Part shown: positions 1 through 8,847 of the stretch, in pieces | Position numbering within the stretch: the stretch's first letter is position 1 | Layout: every line of letters starts with the position of its first letter | From: Thermostichus sp. DRC_bins_24 | GTDB lineage: Bacteria; Cyanobacteriota; Cyanobacteriia; Thermostichales; Thermostichaceae | Direction: 5' to 3' | NCBI GenBank assembly: GCA_039794845.1 | Contig: JAUQVK010000037.1 | Coordinates: 1 to 64,000 of the forward strand | DNA length: 64,000 bases | The notes under the pieces: generated by a model | Database searches by the model: none | What the model was told of the DNA's origin: nothing | The model's input: the letters and a program-made list of their open reading frames with translations, nothing else | Program-made: the position numbers and the translations under genes

Positions 1-146
1 TCACGCCTAGGGCACACTGGCGCGTTCGCCCATGGCGGCCCATAGGGCACCGCTAGTCACGTATAAAACTGTGGGAGTTAGGATCCGCTCTCTAGAAGGC
101 TGAGGAAGCACAATCCTTGCTGCAGAAAACCCGCGCAAGGGCTGTA
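1..146 (-). mobile_element. MITE family A copy (truncated by window edge), inserted in IS701 remnant
   Basis: Reverse complement begins TACAGCCCTTGCGCGGGTTTTCTGCAGCA, matching 63255 onward. It shares GTGACTAGCGGT and GTGTGCCCT(A/G)GGCGT with the copy at 1782-1941. Confidence 0.8.
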
Positions 147-620
147 CTCTGCTTGGATCCATACTCAATCCAACTTCTCATCCCGTATAGGTTTTCTATC
201 CCCTGATCATCAATCTCCCTTTTCTTGGTCATTCAATAAAATGTCCCTTCCTCTGGCGGCTCTTTGAGGTCTTTTGTCAGCTCCCGGTATCTCTTCCCCA
301 TCCTGTGGCTGAAGATCAGCTCCCGGATGTGTCTCTCCTCTTTGGTCTCATCTGCCAAGATTCCCTCAAAACGTCACCCCTCTCAAGTCTGTTGCAAACG
401 AGGTGCTTGCAAATCAGAAACCAACCAGGGATTGATGGCTTTCTACCCCAACATGGCGAGCAACGGTAGGCAAGCTCTTCCGCTTCATCGGGGAAAGTAA
501 ACCCAAAAGGATAAGCCTAAAAAACTCGAAGCTTCGTACTTCAGGAAAGTGGGGGCGGTAGGCTTCACAGTAGTCATCAATGACTTGAAGGGTGGGTAGT
601 GCCTGACGAGCTAAAGTCAT
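147..620 (-). pseudogene. IS701-family transposase remnant (internally deleted, with stop codons)
   Basis: ORF 414-620 (MTLARQALPTLQVIDDYCEAYRPHFPEVRSF...KRKSLP) resembles the N-terminus of cyanobacterial IS701 transposases. About 150-370 reads ...EERHIRELIF...TFY*MT...NLYGMRSWIEYGSKQS, resembling the C-terminal catalytic segment. The middle is missing. A possible IS end, CTCTTTTGTCAGT, lies at 667-679. Confidence 0.75.
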
Positions 621-760
621 GGCCGGGTAAGGAGTTCAGCTTCTCCCTCAAGCCTAGCCTGCCCATACTGACAAAAGAGGCATAAGAGTAAAACGTCCCC
701 CGAGCCTTGGCTCCAGCGGGAGAAGAGAAAGGGATCCCATGCCCCTCACAACCGGTTGGA

Positions 761-1672
761 TCAGAGCACCTTGCCGTCAGGGGTGATTTTCCCCTTCAAC
801 TTGCTGGCCCGCTCTTCGGCTTCATCCATGATCACCGCCAGCTGCTCCAGAACTTCGCCAGGATGTTTTTCCAAAACCCGCGTGGAGAGTGCCATCCGCC
901 CTTTCGCCTCATCCAGGTCGATCACGACCGCCTTGATCCGTTGGCCAGGCTTAAACAGATCCGGCAGAGAGGCCACAAAACTATGGCTCACCTGTTTGAT
1001 GTGCAAAAGCCCCGTCACCCCCTCCAAATCCACAAACACACCGAAGGGCTTCAGGCCACTCACCTTGCCCTCCACCACCTGACCGATCTCGTAGCGGCCC
1101 AAGTTCTCCGCTTGCGCGGCCACCCGTTGAGAGAGCACCAGCTTATTGGCTTCTGCATTCACTTCGATAAAGCCCGCCGTCAGGGATTGCCCCACCAACT
1201 CCTTGAGCTCGTCCCGATGGTTCAGGTGAGAGCGGGGAATAAACCCACGCAAGCCCTGGACATCCACCAGCACCCCACCCTTGTTGGTGCCAATCACCGG
1301 AACGGTTACCGTCTGGCCGTTGGCTTGCTTCTGGGCCAGTTCCTCCCAGATCAGCTTCAGTTGCAGCCGCCGCACCGAGAGTAGCATCTGCCCATCCCGG
1401 TCTTCTCGGACAATTAAAAACTCCGCTTCGGTTTTCAGGGGGAAAAGCCGGCTCAAATCCTCCACAGGACGGATCCCGGCTTCCCGTAGGGGCAAAAAGG
1501 CCGGAGATTTGCCGCCAATATCCACCAGGGCACCGTCGTTCTGATACTGGAAGATACGACCGCGCACCACCTGCCCCGGTCGAAAGTCGAGGCTCTGCGC
1601 GTCTAAAGCTTGGGCAAAATCTTCCGAGGAAAACGAATCAGCAGCTTGAGAGCGAGGGGATTGGACGGTCAT
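761..1672 (-). CDS. rps1b: 30S ribosomal protein S1 homolog (Rps1b, three S1 domains)
   Basis: S1 repeats: GALVDIGGKSPAFLP, NKGGVLVDVQGLRGFIPRSH, KPFGVFVDLEGVTGLLHI. ATG at 1672 chosen (ORF track extends to 1690). Confidence 0.85.
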   Translation of the reverse strand: MTVQSPRSQAADSFSSEDFAQALDAQSLDFRPGQVVRGRIFQYQNDGALVDIGGKSPAFLPLREAGIRPVEDLSRLFPLKTEAEFLIVREDRDGQMLLSVRRLQLKLIWEELAQKQANGQTVTVPVIGTNKGGVLVDVQGLRGFIPRSHLNHRDELKELVGQSLTAGFIEVNAEANKLVLSQRVAAQAENLGRYEIGQVVEGKVSGLKPFGVFVDLEGVTGLLHIKQVSHSFVASLPDLFKPGQRIKAVVIDLDEAKGRMALSTRVLEKHPGEVLEQLAVIMDEAEERASKLKGKITPDGKVL

Positions 1673-1781
1673 GGAAATGGAGTCAGTCAAAAAAACAATG
1701 CGCTTCAGGATAACCCAAAACCTGCCAGGGATCCCAGCCCTTCCTGAACAGTCCTGGGCTAGACAGGTTTAGATTCAGGTT

Positions 1782-1941
1782 TACAGCTCTTGCGCAGGTC
1801 TTCCAGGACAGGGCTTGTGCTTCCTGCTCCCGCTTTCGCGGGGCCCGGAGGGCTAGCCCTCCAAAGTTTAGATCTCAACTTCCGTGGTTGTTACATGTGA
1901 CTAGCGGTCACGCCGGTGTGCCCTGGGCGTAAAGGGCTGTA
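1782..1941 (+). mobile_element. MITE family A copy (about 160 bp)
   Basis: Terminal inverted repeats TACAGCTCTT...AAGGGCTGTA. Interior is similar to the copies at 63255-63440 and 1-146. Confidence 0.8.
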
Positions 1942-1944
1942 GAT

Positions 1945-2385
1945 TCAGATGTAGTACATCAGATTGGCCCGTTGTTGTTGGGCCTGTTGATCGCAGAGGT
2001 CTTGAAGGGTGGTCTTTTGCAGAATCGCCACCGCCGCTGCTTGTGCCTTGTGCCAAGCCTTGAGGAGCACTTCCCGTTCTGGGGTAAGATCTACCGTGGA
2101 CAACTCGCGGGCCCGGCTGAGATCTTCCCCTTCAATCGCTTGAATCACATCCAACAGGGAGATCATCCAGGGGGCCTTGGCCAAAGAATATCCCCCTTTG
2201 GCCCCCCGCTGGCTGCGCACCAAACCTTGCCGACGCAGGGTGGCGAGCAATTGCTCCAGGTAACGATCGGGGATGGACTGATGGGCGGCGATCTCCTTGA
2301 TCTGCAACACCTGGCCGTCATCGTAGTGTTGGGCCAGCTCCAAGAGGGCGAGTAGGGCGTATTCACTTTTACAGGAAAGTTCCAA
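1945..2385 (-). CDS. Rrf2-family transcriptional regulator (CymR/IscR-like, without the IscR Cys triad)
   Basis: Motifs EYALLALLELA, IPDRYLEQLL and VRSQRGAKGGYSLAK; C-terminus MYYI. Confidence 0.9.
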   Translation of the reverse strand: MELSCKSEYALLALLELAQHYDDGQVLQIKEIAAHQSIPDRYLEQLLATLRRQGLVRSQRGAKGGYSLAKAPWMISLLDVIQAIEGEDLSRARELSTVDLTPEREVLLKAWHKAQAAAVAILQKTTLQDLCDQQAQQQRANLMYYI

Positions 2386-2515
2386 GATTCAAATCCTTTG
2401 CCATGGCCGCAAATCTATCATACTCCGGTCTCTCAGTGGGGATTAGAGGGATCCCATGCCAGTGCACCGGATGGGTCCGCCCTGTATGGTGGAATAGGCC
2501 CTTCTGGTATGGTTT

Positions 2516-3517
2516 ATGGCTGCTGTCCCCACTCTATCTGCTTCGGGATCCCGGCGGATCCCGGCGGAGACCCTGCAAACCTTGCATCAGCAGATTGGCC
2601 GACTCAACGCCAACATCGAGTCGGTGTTTCAAGGCAAGCCACAGGTGGTTCGGGCTGTGGTGACGGCACTGGTGGCGGAGGGGCATGTGTTGTTGGAGGA
2701 TGTGCCGGGTGTTGGCAAAACCACCTTGGCTCGGGCCATCGCCCGCAGTTTGGGGGCAGCGTTTCAACGGATTCAATTCACCAGCGACCTGCTGCCCACC
2801 GATATTCTCGGCCTCACCCTCTTCAACAAAGACAAAGGGGATTTTGAATTTCGCCCCGGCCCCATTTTTGCCAACGTGATCTTGGCGGATGAGATCAACC
2901 GCACCTCTCCCCGCACCCAAAGTGCCTTGCTCGAAGCCATGGCAGAAAAGCAGGTCTCGGTGGACGATCGCACCTATCCCTTGCCGGCTCCCTTCATCGT
3001 ATTGGCCACCCAAAACCCCCTGGAGTACCACGGCACCTACCCCTTGCCGGAGAGCCAACTGGATCGCTTTTTGGTGCGCCTGTCGGTTGGTTACCCCAGT
3101 GCCGAGGTGGAGAAAATCTTACTTTTGCAACGACAGCAGGCGGAGCCGGTCGATGCTCTAGAGCCGGTTCTCTCCCTAACGGAGTTAAGGCGCATTCAGG
3201 CAGCGGTGGATCAAGTCCACCTAGAAGAATCCCTAGCAGATTACCTCTTGCAGGTGGTGCAAGCCACCCGCACCTCAAACCTGTTGCGGGCAGGGGTGTC
3301 TACACGGGGGGCTTTGGCGTTGGCGCGAGCGGCACGGGCACAGGCGTTGGTATGTGGGCGTAGTTTTTGCTTGCCGGAGGATCTACAAGCCTTGTTCGTG
3401 TCGGTGTTGGCGCATCGAATCTCTTTGCTTGGCTCCGCTGAAACAGGGGGTAACCGGCGGCAGGAGGCAGAGGCGGTGATTCGAGACATTGTTTCGACCG
3501 TAGAGCCCCCCGTCTAA
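2516..3517 (+). CDS. moxR: MoxR-family AAA+ ATPase
   Basis: GHVLLEDVPGVGKT, RIQFTSDLLPTD, LADEINRTSPRTQSALLEAM, ATQNP, YPLPESQLDRF. Confidence 0.92.
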   Translation: MAAVPTLSASGSRRIPAETLQTLHQQIGRLNANIESVFQGKPQVVRAVVTALVAEGHVLLEDVPGVGKTTLARAIARSLGAAFQRIQFTSDLLPTDILGLTLFNKDKGDFEFRPGPIFANVILADEINRTSPRTQSALLEAMAEKQVSVDDRTYPLPAPFIVLATQNPLEYHGTYPLPESQLDRFLVRLSVGYPSAEVEKILLLQRQQAEPVDALEPVLSLTELRRIQAAVDQVHLEESLADYLLQVVQATRTSNLLRAGVSTRGALALARAARAQALVCGRSFCLPEDLQALFVSVLAHRISLLGSAETGGNRRQEAEAVIRDIVSTVEPPV

Positions 3518-3594
3518 GTTCACTCTTTGCTCCCTGACGCTCCGTCCTTACATCACATCCTTTCCACGGGTTTTCCCCAGTTAAGACTTGTTAA

Positions 3595-3655
3595 GACTTG
3601 CGCTTTCTGTTCCCGCTCCCGCTAGCGAGGTGCGGAGCACCACGAGCAGAGACTC
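3595..3655 (+). repeat. Internal fragment related to MITE family A
   Basis: GACTTGCGCTTTCTGTTCCCGCTCC...GCGAGGTGCGGAGCACC resembles 63288-63327 (TTGCGATTCCTGTTCTCGCTCCGCGAGGTGCGGAGCACC). Confidence 0.6.
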
Positions 3656-3980
3656 TACGCTTCTCCACGCTCCGTAGCACAGCTTCCACGAGCTACACCA
3701 CTCTCACTGCGGGGCTTGCCATGCGCCCAGCTGCTGGGAAGCGATATCCCAAATATGGCCATTGCCGTTAAGGCTGAAATGGCCCCCTTGTCCCTGGCTC
3801 CTCTCCCAAAACAGGAGAGGGAAGTCAATAAGGTGTATCGCTGCTTATCTAGAGTGACCATAACCCCGTATCCAAAGCGTAGGGGCTGTGGGGGCTTGTG
3901 TCGCACTCATCGCACTCCCCGATTTTCCAGGCAGTGAGCTGCCTAGGGAGCTTCGCTTAACTCCGCCCTTGGCCTGGAGT

Positions 3981-4072
3981 TACAGCTATTCCAGATCAGA
4001 AGGAGACAGAAAGAGATATTCAGGCCCCTCTCCCCCTTTGGGAAGGGGGCTGGAGTGGGAGCAAGTGCTGCA
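3981..4072 (+). repeat. Short dispersed repeat / MITE family B copy
   Basis: TACAGCTATTCCAGATCAGAAGGAGAC...GCCCCTCTCCCCCTTTGGGAAGGGG matches the reverse complement of 20590-20649. The right boundary is uncertain. Confidence 0.65.
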
Positions 4073-4108
4073 AACCCAACTCAAAGGACTGTGAAGAGTT
4101 TCGTCGCC

Positions 4109-4261
4109 TCAGAGCAAGCCCAGCCAAGAGGCAACCCCCTGGCCGGTAACAGCTTCAATCACAATGGCCAAAACAAAACCAATCATGGCAGCCCGGCCAT
4201 TGAGGCGCTCGGCGTATTCGTTAAAGCCAAACTTGGGTTCGGACAAATTGGGGTTAGACAT
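4109..4261 (-). CDS. hli: High-light-inducible protein (Hli/SCP), 50 aa; missing from the ORF track
   Basis: Translated by hand: MSNPNLSEPKFGFNEYAERLNGRAAMIGFVLAIVIEAVTGQGVASWLGLL, with the ExxNGRxAM chlorophyll-binding motif. Confidence 0.95.
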   Translation of the reverse strand: MSNPNLSEPKFGFNEYAERLNGRAAMIGFVLAIVIEAVTGQGVASWLGLL

Positions 4262-4339
4262 GAGAGCCTCCGACGTAAATTGGAGCAATGGTGAGTGAGG
4301 ACCTGTGAAGAACTAAGACAAGAACAATATCTAGACCTC

Positions 4340-4369
4340 AGTATAGTTTGCATTTCTTCACAGTTGCAA
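4340..4369 (-). promoter_or_regulatory. Putative hli promoter with imperfect HLR1 (RpaB-type) direct repeat
   Basis: Minus strand TTGCAA-N18-TATACT. Between the boxes the plus strand reads TTTGCATT-TC-TTCACAGT (4347-4364), resembling (G/T)TTACA(T/A)(T/A)-N2 repeats. Confidence 0.4.
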
Positions 4370-4387
4370 TGGTTGCAAGGAACGCAG

Positions 4388-5305
4388 TTATCCCATCGCA
4401 ATTGCTGCAATGATCTGCCGGGCCAAGGGAATGGCGGCCTCGTAGGCTTTGCCTTGATGCAGATGCACTACCAACGTCCAAGCGGGATCCGGTAGGGGCC
4501 AAAAGGCCAGCAACCAAGCTTGAAAATCTTCTGCCCACAAGATTCGCTGCCTCTCCCGCTGCGGATTCAGGATCGTCCCAGACTTAGCGGCCACCGGGAT
4601 CCCTTCTGGAGCAATGCCCCGACAGGTGCCTGAGGTAGCGGCCAAAGCCATACCAGCATGTAAGGCATCCCAGATCGAGTTCGGCAAAGCAAGGGCCGGG
4701 ATCGATACCTCTCCCTCCAAAGGCACTCCACGGCGGGCGATCACCCCCCCATAAGCCAAAAGCTCCCAGGGATCCACCCGCCAACCCAGACCTGTGGCCA
4801 ACCAAGGCGCAGGCACCGCATCCCCATCCCTCCCTAAGGAGCTACCCAAGCCAAAGTGCCGCAGCCACTCCACCAGGGTATTGGTCCCCAACTCCCAGCC
4901 CAACTGGTAAAAATGCACATTGCACGACTTTGCCAAGGCTTGACTCAAGCTCAGGGATCCATGGCCTCGCGGATCCCAGCAGGGCAGACGACCCAACCCC
5001 AGCTGCGGCGGCGGATCCCACCAACCGGGGCAGTGAATCACCCGTTCACCAGAACTGATCCCGGTTTGCAGGGCAGCAGCCACGACAGCGCACTTCACTG
5101 TCGAACCGGGACTGGCCGCAACCCGGAAAGCTTGCTCCGGTTGCCAAACGCCTGCCAAACGGCCTGACTTTAGGTTGAGTACGGCAGCAAAATCTCGAGG
5201 ATGAGGCAATCGCAGTTGGCGCTGGGCCAACCCTTCGGATGTTCTTGCCAGACCCCAAGCCAAAGCAGAGCCCCATAGCCAGGCTCCACAGGTGCGCCGT
5301 TTCAT
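4388..5305 (-). CDS. Stand-alone penicillin-binding transpeptidase-domain protein
   Basis: SxxK (PGSTVK), SCN (KSCNVHFYQLG) and KSGT motifs; N-terminal signal-like sequence MKRR... Confidence 0.8.
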   Translation of the reverse strand: MKRRTCGAWLWGSALAWGLARTSEGLAQRQLRLPHPRDFAAVLNLKSGRLAGVWQPEQAFRVAASPGSTVKCAVVAAALQTGISSGERVIHCPGWWDPPPQLGLGRLPCWDPRGHGSLSLSQALAKSCNVHFYQLGWELGTNTLVEWLRHFGLGSSLGRDGDAVPAPWLATGLGWRVDPWELLAYGGVIARRGVPLEGEVSIPALALPNSIWDALHAGMALAATSGTCRGIAPEGIPVAAKSGTILNPQRERQRILWAEDFQAWLLAFWPLPDPAWTLVVHLHQGKAYEAAIPLARQIIAAIAMG

Positions 5306-5424
5306 CCACTCTCAACCCAGAAGAAACAGAAAAATAGAGACGGATCCCTGTCACAAAAATTCAGAAATCGAAGCCTCTTCACTGACTAAGGTAATCTGAG
5401 TTCAGATCAATGGAGGTAACCCTC

Positions 5425-5652
5425 ATGGCGATTCAGCGTGGTGCCAAAGTGCGTGTGCTGCGGAAGGAATCCTACTGGTATCGGGATGTGGGAACCGTCG
5501 CAGCGGTGGATACCAGCGGCATTCTCTATCCGGTGATTGTCCGTTTCGACAAAATTAACTACTACAACATCAACACCAACAACTTCCGCGAAGATGAGTT
5601 GGAAGTGTTGGAAGCGCCCAAGGCCAAGGGCAAAGCCGCTCCTGCGGCCTAG
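5425..5652 (+). CDS. psaE: Photosystem I subunit IV
   Basis: [19 protein letters not shown]...[22 protein letters not shown] ribosome-binding site upstream. Confidence 0.97.
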   Translation: MAIQRGAKVRVLRKESYWYRDVGTVAAVDTSGILYPVIVRFDKINYYNINTNNFREDELEVLEAPKAKGKAAPAA

Positions 5653-5704
5653 GCCGAGGGGGGTTCTCTTCACCGGGAGTTGTGTCGCTTGAGCTTGTTG
5701 TTCT

Positions 5705-6544
5705 GTGCCAGAACTGCCGGAAGTTGAAACCGTTAGGCAAGATTTACAACGCCTGACTTTGGGATCCCGGGTGATTGCGGTGGAGGTGCTTTTGCCCCGC
5801 ACCATTGCCTATCCGGCAGTAGAAGCTTTTGGGCAGGGCTTAGTCGGCAGCCGTTTCACCCGGTGGCAGCGGCGGGGAAAGTATCTGCTGGGATCCCTGG
5901 ATTCTGGGGCCAGTTTGGGTGTGCATTTGCGCATGACCGGGCAGCTGCTCTGGCTAGAGGGATCCGTTCCCCTGTCGGCTTATACCCGTGTGCGTTTGGG
6001 CATGGAAGGGGGCCACGATCTGCGTTTTGTGGATCAGCGGACTTTTGGGCAGATGTGGTGGGTTCCCCCTGGGGTGCCACCGGAACAGGTGATACCAACA
6101 CTGCAAACCTTGGGGCCAGAGCCCTTTGCAGAGGCCTTTTCCGACGAGTATCTTCAAGCTGCTCTGCAGCGCAGCCGGCGACCGATCAAATCTGCCCTGC
6201 TGGATCAAAGGCTGGTGGCCGGGGTGGGGAATATCTACGCCGATGAAGCATTGTTTTTAAGCGGCCTTCATCCGCTGACCCCGGCGGCGCGATTGTCTGA
6301 GGAGGCGATTGCCCGTCTGCGGGAGGCCCTCGTGAGGGTGCTACAAGCCGGGCTGGAGCAACGGGGCACCACCCTGCGGGATTACCGGGATCTGCGGGGG
6401 CTGAATGGCAACTATCAGGGGCAAGCCTGGGTGTACAGTCGGGAAGGGGATCCCTGTCGCGTCTGTGGCCGCCCGATTCAGCGGCTCAAACTGGCAGGAC
6501 GCTCAGCCCATTTTTGCCCTCACTGCCAACCGGAACCGAGCTAA
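5705..6544 (+). CDS. mutM: Formamidopyrimidine-DNA glycosylase
   Basis: N-terminal PELPEVE, RRGKYL, HLRMTG, GVGNIYADE, C-terminal zinc finger CRVC...CPHCQ. Confidence 0.97.
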   Translation: MPELPEVETVRQDLQRLTLGSRVIAVEVLLPRTIAYPAVEAFGQGLVGSRFTRWQRRGKYLLGSLDSGASLGVHLRMTGQLLWLEGSVPLSAYTRVRLGMEGGHDLRFVDQRTFGQMWWVPPGVPPEQVIPTLQTLGPEPFAEAFSDEYLQAALQRSRRPIKSALLDQRLVAGVGNIYADEALFLSGLHPLTPAARLSEEAIARLREALVRVLQAGLEQRGTTLRDYRDLRGLNGNYQGQAWVYSREGDPCRVCGRPIQRLKLAGRSAHFCPHCQPEPS

Positions 6545-6672
6545 GTCCTGCCCCAATCCCAATCAAGACCCTAGCGCCAACCCAAGATGTAGGGGATCCC
6601 TGGGGAACTTCTCCAAAGAGGCTACCATCAGGAGTAGAGGCTTCCTAAACCTTCCCGTATGAGGGGATCTCG

Positions 6673-7302
6673 GTGAAAACCATTGGACGGGCGCAGATCC
6701 AGTCCGCAAAGCCCCTAACCAGGGTAAGTTTCCTCTGGATGGGAGTGGTGTTGGCGCTGGGGATCCCGGTCGCTCAGGCTTTTGCGCAGTTAGAGTTGGA
6801 TGCCCAGTTGGGCCGCTCCCAAATCGTCTCCCCCACCAAAGATTGCCCCGCCTGCGACCTGACAGGAGCAGAGCTGCCGGGGGTGGATTTGCAGGGGGCC
6901 AACCTAAAAGAGGTGATCCTCAAACAGGCGAATTTACAAGCCGCCGACCTTTCGCAATCGATCTTGAATTTGGCAGATTTGAGCCAGGCTAACCTGAGCG
7001 GATCCGACCAATCGGGGGCTTTCTTGTGGGAAGCAGATCTGACCCATGCCAACCTCCAGCAGGCGGATCTGACGGGGGCCAACCTGCAAGTGGCGGATTT
7101 GAGCGAAGCAGATTTGCGTCGGGCCAAGTTACACCAGGCGGATTTAACGGGGGCCAAGCTGCACAATGCCGATCTGCGCGGGGCCGACCTACGGGGGGCA
7201 TTTCTGGAAGGGGCAGATCTAACAGGCGCACTGTACAATGCCCAGACCCAATTGGATCCTGAACTCAACCCCAGCGAATGGGGTATGGTTTTCTTGCCGT
7301 GA
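6673..7302 (+). CDS. Secreted/lumenal pentapeptide-repeat protein
   Basis: Signal-like N-terminus, CPAC motif and A(D/N)Lxx repeats. Confidence 0.9.
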   Translation: MKTIGRAQIQSAKPLTRVSFLWMGVVLALGIPVAQAFAQLELDAQLGRSQIVSPTKDCPACDLTGAELPGVDLQGANLKEVILKQANLQAADLSQSILNLADLSQANLSGSDQSGAFLWEADLTHANLQQADLTGANLQVADLSEADLRRAKLHQADLTGAKLHNADLRGADLRGAFLEGADLTGALYNAQTQLDPELNPSEWGMVFLP

Positions 7303-7322
7303 AGATGCCGGAAAATTATCCA

Positions 7323-7736
7323 TCATTTCTGCAGAGCATGTTGAAGCGCCCGCCACCACACCAAAGCCAGATCCAGCTGGGTAAAGGGGATGCGGATCCC
7401 TTGGGGCTGAAACTCCAGCTCTATGTGGCGGGGTTGTTGGGCCTGGGTGGATTTTTCATCCCAATCGTCTAAGCGATCCTCATCCAGCAGCAGCCAAACG
7501 GACTGTACATCCTCCAGATTCAGGGTTTTGAGGTCACGGGGGCCGAAGGGAGAAGGCTTGCCCCAGGTGAGCGTACTGCCCGTCCAGCCCACCACCGCGT
7601 AGAGGTCGTATTTGCTGCGCTTGAAGGTCTTGGCCCAAGTCCGGTAGGTTTCCACCTTGCGATACTCCCACCAACCCAAGGCAGCGAGACCCAAAAAACC
7701 GGTCAACAAAGGTAACCAGAGCAATCCTCGTTCCAT
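7323..7736 (-). CDS. Conserved cyanobacterial hypothetical membrane-anchored protein
   Basis: Starts [11 protein letters not shown], followed by a TM helix and WEYRKVE...KYDLYAV. Start set at ATG 7736. Confidence 0.7.
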   Translation of the reverse strand: MERGLLWLPLLTGFLGLAALGWWEYRKVETYRTWAKTFKRSKYDLYAVVGWTGSTLTWGKPSPFGPRDLKTLNLEDVQSVWLLLDEDRLDDWDEKSTQAQQPRHIELEFQPQGIRIPFTQLDLALVWWRALQHALQK

Positions 7737-7923
7737 GGGCGACTTCAATTCCCGTTGGCAAAGAATCGTGAATGGGTTCCTTTTCACCCTAGCCAGTTTT
7801 CTCCCCGTGAGAGGGGTTTTGGCGGAAGACCCAGGCCGGCTCTCAATTCTTGTCAACGACCTTTTCGGCAGAAGGGCCTACAGAACTGATAGAGTTTTGG
7901 CACCCGTGCCTCACCACTGCCCC

Positions 7924-8847
7924 ATGACCAAGCCCAAAGCTGGGATCCTCTACAACGATGCCAAACCCGCCGCCAAGCGCAGCAGCGAAACTTTATCCCA
8001 CTGGTTTCAAGAGCAGGGCTGGGAGGTCTGTGCTGCCCCCAACTGGGGAGGGATCCTCGGCTACGCCAAGCCCGACAGCCCCATTTGCCTGACTAAGGTG
8101 GATAGCTTAGCCCCTGCTGGGTTTGATCAAAACATGCAGTTTGCGGTGGTGTTGGGGGGAGATGGCACCGTATTGGCGGCGGCTCGGCAACTGGCCCCGA
8201 AAGGGATCCCTTTGTTGGCGGTGAATACGGGCCACCTGGGCTTTCTGACGGAAACCTATCTCTCTCATTTGGAAGAGGCGGCGGGTGCAGCCATTGCCGG
8301 AGACTACACCTTGGATCGACGCAGCATGTTGCTGGTGCAGGTGTATCGAGACCACCACTTGCGCTGGGAGGTCTTGAGCTTAAACGAGATGGTCTTGCAC
8401 CGGGAGCCCCTCACCAGCATGTGCCATTTCGAGGTGACCATTGGGCAGCATTCTCCTCTGGATGTCGCTGCAGATGGAGTCATTTTGGCTACCCCTACCG
8501 GCTCCACCGCCTATGCCCTCTCAGCCGGGGGGCCGGTACTCACACCGGGGGTGCCGGTCTTGCAGTTGATCCCGATTTGTCCCCATTCCATGGCCTCCCG
8601 CGCCTTGGTTTTTGAAGATTCTGAGGAGGTGTGGATCAGCCCGGTAACGCCCCAGCCACTGGTGTTGGTGGTGGATGGCAACACCGGCTGTTACATCATG
8701 CCGGAAGACCAAATTCGGGTGGTGCGTGCCCCCTACTGGACGGATTTGATGCGCCTGAAACGGCCAGAATTTTTCCGCATCATGCGAGAGAAGCTGGGGT
8801 GGGGATTGCCCCACGCCTCGAAACCGACTTCGGTGGAGTTGCCCTAA
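7924..8847 (+). CDS. nadK: NAD(+) kinase
   Basis: [35 protein letters not shown]. Start set at ATG 7924. Confidence 0.95.
   Translation: MTKPKAGILYNDAKPAAKRSSETLSHWFQEQGWEVCAAPNWGGILGYAKPDSPICLTKVDSLAPAGFDQNMQFAVVLGGDGTVLAAARQLAPKGIPLLAVNTGHLGFLTETYLSHLEEAAGAAIAGDYTLDRRSMLLVQVYRDHHLRWEVLSLNEMVLHREPLTSMCHFEVTIGQHSPLDVAADGVILATPTGSTAYALSAGGPVLTPGVPVLQLIPICPHSMASRALVFEDSEEVWISPVTPQPLVLVVDGNTGCYIMPEDQIRVVRAPYWTDLMRLKRPEFFRIMREKLGWGLPHASKPTSVELP

Noticed and set aside
6850..7240. 15-bp periodic DNA repeats (also 8890-10040)
   Set aside because: They are a consequence of pentapeptide A(D/N)Lxx coding, not a DNA-level array.
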